Source of the DNA: Auanema rhodensis
Lineage: Eukaryota > Animalia > Nematoda
Direction of reading: 5' to 3'
Length of the DNA: 64,000 nt
Assembly: GCA_964057225.1 (NCBI GenBank)
Contig: OZ059899.1
Span: 3,906,001-3,970,000 of the forward strand
Below the pieces are notes generated by a model. The model saw only the letters and a list, made by a program, of their open reading frames with translations. It did no database searches and had not been told where the DNA came from. Position 1 is the stretch's first letter. Every line of letters begins with the position of its first letter. A program made the translations under genes and the position numbers. Positions 1 through 11,000 of the stretch are shown here, one piece after another.

Positions 1-185
1 GATCTGTGTTATCAGATTTGCGCTAGCTTAAAAATGCACCGAGATATCAACTTTTATAAGTTTACACTTATATCCTCGATTTTCACCCTGAAGAATTAAT
101 TTTTTCGTTGAATAACATTGTCCATCGTCTTTGCCTTGAAAAATGGAATCTAAAAACATCTACTTTTTGCTAAATTATTTTGAAA

Positions 186-197
186 TTTTTCGAAAAA
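186..197. other. 12-bp palindrome TTTTTCGAAAAA within an A/T-tract cluster, in most monomers
   Basis: Read directly; extends imperfectly to AAATTTTTCGAAAAAATTT. Confidence 0.85.
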
Positions 198-224
198 ATT
201 TTTGTCAAAATGTTTTTGGAAGCA

Positions 225-252
225 ATGTTGAGTGTACATGGAAACTCAACAT
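225..252. other. 9-bp perfect inverted repeat with 10-nt loop at monomer pos 225-252
   Basis: ATGTTGAGT-GTACATGGAA-ACTCAACAT; the arms are intact in nearly all copies. Confidence 0.9.
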
Positions 253-335
253 ACACTAATGCATCATTTTTCAAACGATCATAACTAATTTTTGTATTAA
301 GCGTTTCTCAATGTAGTATAGTGCATTCGATGCGG

Positions 336-386
336 ATTTTTAAGCTGCGTCGATCTGTGTTATCAGATTTGCGCTAGCTTAAAAAT
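336..386. other. Imperfect ~51-bp inverted repeat (potential hairpin/cruciform) spanning every monomer junction
   Basis: ATTTTTAAGCT (336-346) pairs with AGCTTAAAAAT (376-386), 11 bp perfect. GCG (347-349) pairs with CGC (372-374). ATCTG (353-357) pairs with CAGAT (364-368). The loop is TGTTAT. Confidence 0.9.
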
Positions 387-3300
387 GCACCGAGATATCA
401 ACTGATATAAGTTTACACTCATATCCTCGATTTTCACCCTGAAGAATTAATTTTTTCGTTGAATAACATTGTCCATCGTCTTTGCCTTGAAAAAAAGAAT
501 CTAAAAACATCTACTTTTTGCTAAATTATTTTGAAATTTTTCGAAAAAATTTTTGTCAAAATGTTTTTGGAAGCAATGTTGAGTGTACATGGAAACTCAA
601 CATACACTAATGCATCATTTTTCAAACAATCATAACTAATTTTTGTATTAAGCGTTTCTCAATGTAGTATAGTGCATTCGATGCGGATTTTCAAGCTGCG
701 TCGATCTGTGTTATCAGATTTGCGCTAGCTTAAAAATGCACCGAGATATCAACTGATATAAGTTCACACATATATACCCGATTTTCACCCTGAAGAATTA
801 ATTTTTTCGTTGAATAACATTGTCCATCGTCTTTGCCTTGAAAAAAGGAATCTAAAAACATCTACTTTTTGCTAAATTATTTTGAAATTTTTCGAAAAAA
901 TTTTTGTCAAAATGTTTTTGGAAGCAATGTTGAGTGTACATGGAAACTCAACATACACTAATGCATCATTTTTCAAACGATCATAACTAATTTTTGTATT
1001 AAGCGTTTCTCAATGTAGTAAAGTGCATTCGATGCGGATTTTCAAGCTGCGTCGATCTGTGTTATCAGATTTGCGTTAGCTTAAAAATGCACCGAGATAT
1101 CAACTGATATAAGTTCACACATATATACCCGATTTTCACCCTGAAGAATTAATTTTTTCGTTGAATAACATTGTCCATCGTCTTTACCTTGAAAAAAGGA
1201 ATCCAAAAACATCTACTTTTTGCTAAAATATTCTGAAATTTTTTGAAAAAATTTTTGTCAAAATGTTTTTGGAAGCAATGTTGAGTGTACATGGAAACTC
1301 AACATACACTAATGCATCATTTTTCAAACGATCATAACTAATTTTTGTATCAAGTGTTTCTCAATGTAGTATAGTGCATTCGATGCGGATTTTTAAGCTG
1401 CGTCGATCTGTGTTATCAGATTTGCGCTAGCTTAAAAATGCACCGAGATATCAACTTTTATAAGTTTACACTTATATCCTCGATTTTCACCCTGAAGAAT
1501 TAATTTTTTCGTTGAATAACATTGTCCATCGTCTTTGCCTTGAAAAATGAAATCTAAAAACATCTACTTTTTGCTAAATTATTTTGAAATTTTTCGAAAA
1601 AATTTTTGTCAAAATGTTTTTGGAAGCAATGTTGAGTGTACATGGAAACTCAACATACACTAATGCATCATTTTTCAAACGATCATAACTAATTTTTGTA
1701 TTAAGCGTTTCTCAATGTAGTATAGTGCATTCGATGCGGATTTTTAAGCTGCGTCGATCTGTGTTATCAGATTTGCGCTAGCTTAAAAATGCACCGAGAT
1801 ATCAACTGATATAAGTTTACACTCATATCCTCGATTTTCACCCTGAAGAATTAATTTTTTCGTTGAATAACATTGTCCATCGTCTTTGCCTTGAAAAAAA
1901 GAATCTAAAAACATCTACTTTTTGCTAAATTATTTTGAAATTTTTCGAAAAAATTTTTGTCAAAATGTTTTTGGAAGCAATGTTGAGTGTACATGGAAAC
2001 TCAACATACACTAATGCATCATTTTTCAAACAATCATAACTAATTTTTGTATTAAGCGTTTCTCAATGTAGTATAGTGCATTCGATGCGGATTTTCAAGC
2101 TGCGTCGATCTGTGTTATCAGATTTGCGCTAGCTTAAAAATGCACCGAGATATCAACTGATATAAGTTCACACATATATACCCGATTTTCACCCTGAAGA
2201 ATTAATTTTTTCGTTGAATAACATTGTCCATCGTCTTTGCCTTGAAAAAAGGAATCTAAAAACATCTACTTTTTGCTAAATTATTTTGAAATTTTTCGAA
2301 AAAATTTTTGTCAAAATGTTTTTGGAAGCAATGTTGAGTGTACATGGAAACTCAACATACACTAATGCATCATTTTTCAAACGATCATAACTAATTTTTG
2401 TATCAAGTGTTTCTCAATGTAGTATAGTGCATTCGATGCGGATTTTTAAGCTGCGTCGATCTGTGTTATCAGATTTGCGCTAGCTTAAAAATGCACCGAG
2501 ATATCAACTGATATAAGTTCACACTTATATCCTCGATTTTCACCCTGAAGAATTAATTTTTTCGTTGAATAACATTGTCCATCGTCTTTGCCTTGAAAAA
2601 TGGAATCTAAAAACATCTACTTTTTGCTAAATTATTTTGAAATTTTTCGAAAAAATTTTTGTCAAAATGTTTTTGGAAGCAATGTTGAGTGTACATGGAA
2701 ACTCAACATACACTAATGCATCATTTTTCAAACGATCATAACTAATTTTTGTATCAAGTGTTTCTCAATGTAGTATAGTGCATTCGATGCGGATTTTTAA
2801 GCTGCGTCGATCTGTGTTATCAGATTTGCGCTAGCTTAAAAATGCACCGAGATATCAACTTTTATAAGTTTACACTTATATCCTCGATTTTCACCCTGAA
2901 GAATTAATTTTTTCGTTGAATAACATTGTCCATCGTCTTTGCCTTGAAAAATGAAATCTAAAAACATCTACTTTTTGCTAAATTATTTTGAAATTTTTCG
3001 AAAAAATTTTTGTCAAAATGTTTTTGGAAGCAATGTTGAGTGTACATGGAAACTCAACATACACTAATGCATCATTTTTCAAACGATCATAACTAATTTT
3101 TGTATTAAGCGTTTCTCAATGTAGTATAGTGCATTCGATGCGGATTTTTAAGCTGCGTCGATCTGTGTTATCAGATTTGCGCTAGCTTAAAAATGCACCG
3201 AGATATCAACTGATATAAGTTTACACTCATATCCTCGATTTTCACCCTGAAGAATTAATTTTTTCGTTGAATAACATTGTCCATCGTCTTTGCCTTGAAA

Positions 3301-5967
3301 AAAAGAATCTAAAAACATCTACTTTTTGCTAAATTATTTTGAAATTTTTCGAAAAAATTTTTGTCAAAATGTTTTTGGAAGCAATGTTGAGTGTACATGG
3401 AAACTCAACATACACTAATGCATCATTTTTCAAACAATCATAACTAATTTTTGTATTAAGCGTTTCTCAATGTAGTATAGTGCATTCGATGCGGATTTTC
3501 AAGCTGCGTCGATCTGTGTTATCAGATTTGCGCTAGCTTAAAAATGCACCGAGATATCAACTGATATAAGTTCACACATATATACCCGATTTTCACCCTG
3601 AAGAATTAATTTTTTCGTTGAATAACATTGTCCATCGTCTTTGCCTTGAAAAAAGGAATCTAAAAACATCTACTTTTTGCTAAATTATTTTGAAATTTTT
3701 CGAAAAAATTTTTGTCAAAATGTTTTTGGAAGCAATGTTGAGTGTACATGGAAACTCAACATACACTAATGCATCATTTTTCAAACGATCATAACTAATT
3801 TTTGTATTAAGCGTTTCTCAATGTAGTAAAGTGCATTCGATGCGGATTTTCAAGCTGCGTCGATCTGTGTTATCAGATTTGCGTTAGCTTAAAAATGCAC
3901 CGAGATATCAACTGATATAAGTTCACACATATATACCCGATTTTCACCCTGAAGAATTAATTTTTTCGTTGAATAACATTGTCCATCGTCTTTACCTTGA
4001 AAAAAGGAATCCAAAAACATCTACTTTTTGCTAAAATATTCTGAAATTTTTTGAAAAAATTTTTGTCAAAATGTTTTTGGAAGCAATGTTGAGTGTACAT
4101 GGAAACTCAACATACACTAATGCATCATTTTTCAAACGATCATAACTAATTTTTGTATCAAGTGTTTCTCAATGTAGTATAGTGCATTCGATGCGGATTT
4201 TTAAGCTGCGTCGATCTGTGTTATCAGATTTGCGCTAGCTTAAAAATGCACCGAGATATCAACTTTTATAAGTTTACACTTATATCCTCGATTTTCACCC
4301 TGAAGAATTAATTTTTTCGTTGAATAACATTGTCCATCGTCTTTGCCTTGAAAAATGAAATCTAAAAACATCTACTTTTTGCTAAATTATTTTGAAATTT
4401 TTCGAAAAAATTTTTGTCAAAATGTTTTTGGAAGCAATGTTGAGTGTACATGGAAACTCAACATACACTAATGCATCATTTTTCAAACGATCATAACTAA
4501 TTTTTGTATTAAGCGTTTCTCAATGTAGTATAGTGCATTCGATGCGGATTTTTAAGCTGCGTCGATCTGTGTTATCAGATTTGCGCTAGCTTAAAAATGC
4601 ACCGAGATATCAACTGATATAAGTTTACACTCATATCCTCGATTTTCACCCTGAAGAATTAATTTTTTCGTTGAATAACATTGTCCATCGTCTTTGCCTT
4701 GAAAAAAAGAATCTAAAAACATCTACTTTTTGCTAAATTATTTTGAAATTTTTCGAAAAAATTTTTGTCAAAATGTTTTTGGAAGCAATGTTGAGTGTAC
4801 ATGGAAACTCAACATACACTAATGCATCATTTTTCAAACAATCATAACTAATTTTTGTATTAAGCGTTTCTCAATGTAGTATAGTGCATTCGATGCGGAT
4901 TTTCAAGCTGCGTCGATCTGTGTTATCAGATTTGCGCTAGCTTAAAAATGCACCGAGATATCAACTGATATAAGTTCACACATATATACCCGATTTTCAC
5001 CCTGAAGAATTAATTTTTTCGTTGAATAACATTGTCCATCGTCTTTGCCTTGAAAAAAGGAATCTAAAAACATCTACTTTTTGCTAAATTATTTTGAAAT
5101 TTTTCGAAAAAATTTTTGTCAAAATGTTTTTGGAAGCAATGTTGAGTGTACATGGAAACTCAACATACACTAATGCATCATTTTTCAAACGATCATAACT
5201 AATTTTTGTATCAAGTGTTTCTCAATGTAGTATAGTGCATTCGATGCGGATTTTTAAGCTGCGTCGATCTGTGTTATCAGATTTGCGCTAGCTTAAAAAT
5301 GCACCGAGATATCAACTGATATAAGTTCACACTTATATCCTCGATTTTCACCCTGAAGAATTAATTTTTTCGTTGAATAACATTGTCCATCGTCTTTGCC
5401 TTGAAAAATGGAATCTAAAAACATCTACTTTTTGCTAAATTATTTTGAAATTTTTCGAAAAAATTTTTGTCAAAATGTTTTTGGAAGCAATGTTGAGTGT
5501 ACATGGAAACTCAACATACACTAATGCATCATTTTTCAAACGATCATAACTAATTTTTGTATCAAGTGTTTCTCAATGTAGTATAGTGCATTCGATGCGG
5601 ATTTTTAAGCTGCGTCGATCTGTGTTATCAGATTTGCGCTAGCTTAAAAATGCACCGAGATATCAACTTTTATAAGTTTACACTTATATCCTCGATTTTC
5701 ACCCTGAAGAATTAATTTTTTCGTTGAATAACATTGTCCATCGTCTTTGCCTTGAAAAATGAAATCTAAAAACATCTACTTTTTGCTAAATTATTTTGAA
5801 ATTTTTCGAAAAAATTTTTGTCAAAATGTTTTTGGAAGCAATGTTGAGTGTACATGGAAACTCAACATACACTAATGCATCATTTTTCAAACGATCATAA
5901 CTAATTTTTGTATTAAGCGTTTCTCAATGTAGTATAGTGCATTCGATGCGGATTTTTAAGCTGCGTC

Positions 5968-8073
5968 GATCTGTGTTATCAGATTTGCGCTAGCTTAAAA
6001 ATGCACCGAGATATCAACTGATATAAGTTTACACTCATATCCTCGATTTTCACCCTGAAGAATTAATTTTTTCGTTGAATAACATTGTCCATCGTCTTTG
6101 CCTTGAAAAATGAAATCTAAAAACATCTACTTTTTGCTAAATTATTTTGAAATTTTTCGAAAAAATTTTTGTCAAAATGTTTTTGGAAGCAATGTTGAGT
6201 GTACATGGAAACTCAACATACACTAATGCATCATTTTTCAAACGATCATAACTAATTTTTGTATTAAGCGTTTCTCAATGTAGTATAGTGCATTCGATGC
6301 GGATTTTTAAGCTGCGTCGATCTGTGTTATCAGATTTGCGCTAGCTTAAAAATGCACCGAGATATCAACTGATATAAGTTTACACTCATATCCTCGATTT
6401 TCACCCTGAAGAATTAATTTTTTCGTTGAATAACATTGTCCATCGTCTTTGCCTTGAAAAAAAGAATCTAAAAACATCTACTTTTTGCTAAATTATTTTG
6501 AAATTTTTCGAAAAAATTTTTGTCAAAATGTTTTTGGAAGCAATGTTGAGTGTACATGGAAACTCAACATACACTAATGCATCATTTTTCAAACAATCAT
6601 AACTAATTTTTGTATTAAGCGTTTCTCAATGTAGTATAGTGCATTCGATGCGGATTTTCAAGCTGCGTCGATCTGTGTTATCAGATTTGCGCTAGCTTAA
6701 AAATGCACCGAGATATCAACTGATATAAGTTCACACATATATACCCGATTTTCACCCTGAAGAATTAATTTTTTCGTTGAATAACATTGTCCATCGTCTT
6801 TGCCTTGAAAAAAGGAATCTAAAAACATCTACTTTTTGCTAAATTATTTTGAAATTTTTCGAAAAAATTTTTGTCAAAATGTTTTTGGAAGCAATGTTGA
6901 GTGTACATGGAAACTCAACATACACTAATGCATCATTTTTCAAACGATCATAACTAATTTTTGTATTAAGCGTTTCTCAATGTAGTAAAGTGCATTCGAT
7001 GCGGATTTTCAAGCTGCGTCGATCTGTGTTATCAGATTTGCGCTAGCTTAAAAATGCACCGAGATATCAACTGATATAAGTTTACACTCATATCCTCGAT
7101 TTTCACCCTGAAGAATTAATTTTTTCGTTGAATAACATTGTCCATCGTCTTTGCCTTGAAAAATGAAATCTAAAAACATCTACTTTTTGCTAAATTATTT
7201 TGAAATTTTTCGAAAAAATTTTTGTCAAAATGTTTTTGGAAGCAATGTTGAGTGTACATGGAAACTCAACATACACTAATGCATCATTTTTCAAACGATC
7301 ATAACTAATTTTTGTATTAAGCGTTTCTCAATGTAGTATAGTGCATTCGATGCGGATTTTTAAGCTGCGTCGATCTGTGTTATCAGATTTGCGCTAGCTT
7401 AAAAATGCACCGAGATATCAACTGATATAAGTTTACACTCATATCCTCGATTTTCACCCTGAAGAATTAATTTTTTCGTTGAATAACATTGTCCATCGTC
7501 TTTGCCTTGAAAAAAAGAATCTAAAAACATCTACTTTTTGCTAAATTATTTTGAAATTTTTCGAAAAAATTTTTGTCAAAATGTTTTTGGAAGCAATGTT
7601 GAGTGTACATGGAAACTCAACATACACTAATGCATCATTTTTCAAACAATCATAACTAATTTTTGTATTAAGCGTTTCTCAATGTAGTATAGTGCATTCG
7701 ATGCGGATTTTCAAGCTGCGTCGATCTGTGTTATCAGATTTGCGCTAGCTTAAAAATGCACCGAGATATCAACTGATATAAGTTCACACATATATACCCG
7801 ATTTTCACCCTGAAGAATTAATTTTTTCGTTGAATAACATTGTCCATCGTCTTTGCCTTGAAAAAAGGAATCTAAAAACATCTACTTTTTGCTAAATTAT
7901 TTTGAAATTTTTCGAAAAAATTTTTGTCAAAATGTTTTTGGAAGCAATGTTGAGTGTACATGGAAACTCAACATACACTAATGCATCATTTTTCAAACGA
8001 TCATAACTAATTTTTGTATTAAGCGTTTCTCAATGTAGTAAAGTGCATTCGATGCGGATTTTCAAGCTGCGTC
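5968..8073. repeat. 3-monomer (1053-bp) duplication, M18-20 / M21-23
   Basis: The same order occurs twice: hybrid ACTCATATC+ATGAAATC monomer, AAAAAAAGAATC/CAAACAAT monomer, ACATATATACCC+GTAAAGTG monomer. Confidence 0.85.
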
Positions 8074-11000
8074 GATCTGTGTTATCAGATTTGCGCTAGC
8101 TTAAAAATGCACCGAGATATCAACTGATATAAGTTCACACATATATACCCGATTTTCACCCTGAAGAATTAATTTTTTCGTTGAATAACATTGTCCATCG
8201 TCTTTGCCTTGAAAAAAGGAATCCAAAAACATCTACTTTTTGCTAAAATATTCTGAAATTTTTTGAAAAAATTTTTGTCAAAATGTTTTTGGAAGCAATG
8301 TTGAGTGTACATGGAAACTCAACATACACTAATGCATCATTTTTCAAACGATCATAACTAATTTTTGTATCAAGTGTTTCTCAATGTAGTATAGTGCATT
8401 CGATGCGGATTTTTAAGCTGCGTCGATCTGTGTTATCAGATTTGCGCTAGCTTAAAAATGCACCGAGATATCAACTGATATAAGTTCACACTTATATCCT
8501 CGATTTTCACCCTGAAGAATTAATTTTTTCGTTGAATAACATTGTCAATCGTCTTTGCCTTGAAAAATGGAATCTAAAAACATCTACTTTTTGCTAAATT
8601 ATTTTGAAATTTTTCGAAAAAATTTTTGTCAAAATGTTTTTGGAAGCAATGTTGAGTGTACATGGAAACTCAACATACACTAATGCATCATTTTTCAAAC
8701 GATCATAACTAATTTTTGTATCAAGTGTTTCTCAATGTAGTATAGTGCATTCGATGCGGATTTTTAAGCTGCGTCGATCTGTGTTATCAGATTTGCGCTA
8801 GCTTAAAAATGCACCGAGATATCAACTGATATAAGTTCACACTTATATCCTCGATTTTCACCCTGAAGAATTAATTTTTTCGTTGAATAACATTGTCCAT
8901 CGTCTTTGCCTTAAAAAATGGAATCTAAAAACATCTACTTTTTGCTAAATTATTTTGAAATTTTTCGAAAAAATTTTTGTCAAAATGTTTTTGGAAGCAA
9001 TGTTGAGTGTACATGGAAACTCAACATACACTAATGCATCATTTTTCAAACGATCATAACTAATTTTTGTATCAAGTGTTTCTCAATGTAGTATAGTGCA
9101 TTCGATGCGGATTTTTAAGCTGCGTCGATCTGTGTTATCAGATTTGCGCTAGCTTAAAAATGCACCGAGATATCAACTGATATAAGTTCACACTTATATC
9201 CTCGATTTTCACCCTGAAGAATTAATTTTTTCGTTGAATAACATTGTCCATCGTCTTTGCCTTGAAATAAGGAATCTAAAAACATCTACTTTTTGCTAAA
9301 TTATTTTGAAATTTTTCGAAAAAATTTTTGTCAAAATGTTTTTGGAAGCAATGTTGAGTGTACATGGAAACTCAACATACACTAATGCATCATTTTTCAA
9401 ACGATCATAACTAATTTTTGTATTAAGCGTTTCTCAATGTAGTATAGTGCATTCGATGCGGATTTTCAAGCTGCGTCGATCTGTGTTATCAGATTTGCGC
9501 TAGCTTAAAAATGCACCGAGATATCAACTGATATAAGTTCACACATATATACCCGATTTTCACCCTGAAGAATTAATTTTTTCGTTGAATAACATTGTCC
9601 ATCGTCTTTGCTTTGAAAAAAGGAATCTAAAAACATCTACTTTTCGCTAAATTATTCTGAAATTTTTCGAAAAAATTTTTGTCAAAATGTTTTTGGAAGC
9701 AATGTTGAGTGTACATGGAAACTCAACATACACTAATGCATCATTTTTCAAACGATCATAACTAATTTTTGTATCAAGTGTTTCTCAATGTAGTATAGTG
9801 CATTCGATGCGGATTTTTAAGCTGCGTCGATCTGTGTTATCAGATTTGCGCTAGCTTAAAAATGCACCGAGATATCAACTGATATAAGTTCACACTTATA
9901 TCCTCGATTTTCACCCTGAAGAATTAATTTTTTCGTTGAATAACATTGTCCATCGTCTTTGCCTTGAAAAATGGAATCTAAAAACATCTACTTTTTGCTA
10001 AATTATTTTGAAATTTTTCGAAAAAATTTTTGTCAAAATGTTTTTGGAAGCAATGTTGAGTGTACATGGAAACTCAACATACACTAATGCATCATTTTTC
10101 AAACGATCATAACTAATTTTTGTATCAAGTGTTTCTCAATGTAGTATAGTGCATTCGATGCGGATTTTTAAGCTGCGTCGATCTGTGTTATCAGATTTGC
10201 GCTAGCTTAAAAATGCACCGAGATATCAACTGATATAAGTTCACACTTATATCCTCGATTTTCACCCTGAAGAATTAATTTTTTCGTTGAATAACATTGT
10301 CCATCGTCTTTGCCTTGAAAAATGGAATCTAAAAACATCTACTTTTTGCTAAATTATTTTGAAATTTTTCGAAAAAATTTTTGTCAAAATGTTTTTGGAA
10401 GCAATGTTGAGTGTACATGGAAACTCAACATACACTAATGCATCATTTTTCAAACGATCATAACTAATTTTTGTATTAAGCGTTTCTCAATGTAGTATAG
10501 TGCATTCGATGCGGATTTTTAAGCTGCGTCGATCTGTGTTATCAGATTTGCGCTAGCTTAAAAATGCACCGAGATATCAACTGATATAAGTTCACACTTA
10601 TATCCTCGATTTTCACCCTGAAGAATTAATTTTTTCGTTGAATAACCTTGTCCATCGTCTTTTCCTTGAAAAATGGAATCTAAAAACATCTACTTTTTGC
10701 TAAATTATTTTGAAATTTTTCGAAAAAATTTTTGTCAAAATGTTTTTGGAAGCAATGTTGAGTGTACATGGAAACTCAACATACACTAATGCATCATTTT
10801 TCAAACGATCATAACTAATTTTTGTATTAAGCGTTTCTCAATGTATTATAGTGCATTCGATGCGGATTTTCAAGCTGCGTCGATCTGTGTTATCAGATTT
10901 GCGCTAGCTTAAAAATGCACCGAGATATCAACTGATATAAGTTCACACATATATACCCGATTTTCACCCTGAAGAATTAATTTTTTCGTTGAATAACATT

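Larger units (their letters stand above)
1..351. repeat. Representative 351-bp monomer (about 69% AT, many A/T tracts)
   Basis: I counted 56 C and 52 G in 351 bp. Six-cutter sites present are NheI GCTAGC (22-27), EcoRV GATATC (43-48), BstBI TTCGAA (189-194), BsrGI TGTACA (233-238) and NsiI ATGCAT (259-264). Confidence 0.98.
1..5616. repeat. 8-monomer (2808-bp) higher-order duplication, M1-8 / M9-16, with internal 4-mer periodicity
   Basis: Private variants C23T (1076, 3884) and G133A (1186, 3994) are exactly 2808 bp apart, and the order of monomer types repeats. Confidence 0.9.

Noticed and set aside
103-119. CENP-B-box-like motif TTTCGTTGAATAACATT
   Set aside because: It matches only the 5' TTCG....A part of NTTCGNNNNANNCGGGN; the essential CGGG is missing.
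139-217. Phased A-tracts implying intrinsic DNA curvature
   Set aside because: Tracts are dense but their spacing is irregular (about 6-14 bp), so helical phasing cannot be claimed without a curvature calculation.
1-351. Monomer as a diverged dimer of ~175-bp subunits
   Set aside because: I found no convincing alignment between halves by eye beyond A/T-tract similarity; a self dot plot would be needed.
1-351. Assignment to a named satellite (e.g. Drosophila 1.688 family or tenebrionid 340-360-bp satellites) or to a 5S rRNA/tRNA/snRNA tandem unit
   Set aside because: Only length and AT content are similar. I do not recognise sequence identity or any structural RNA motif, and a database search is required.
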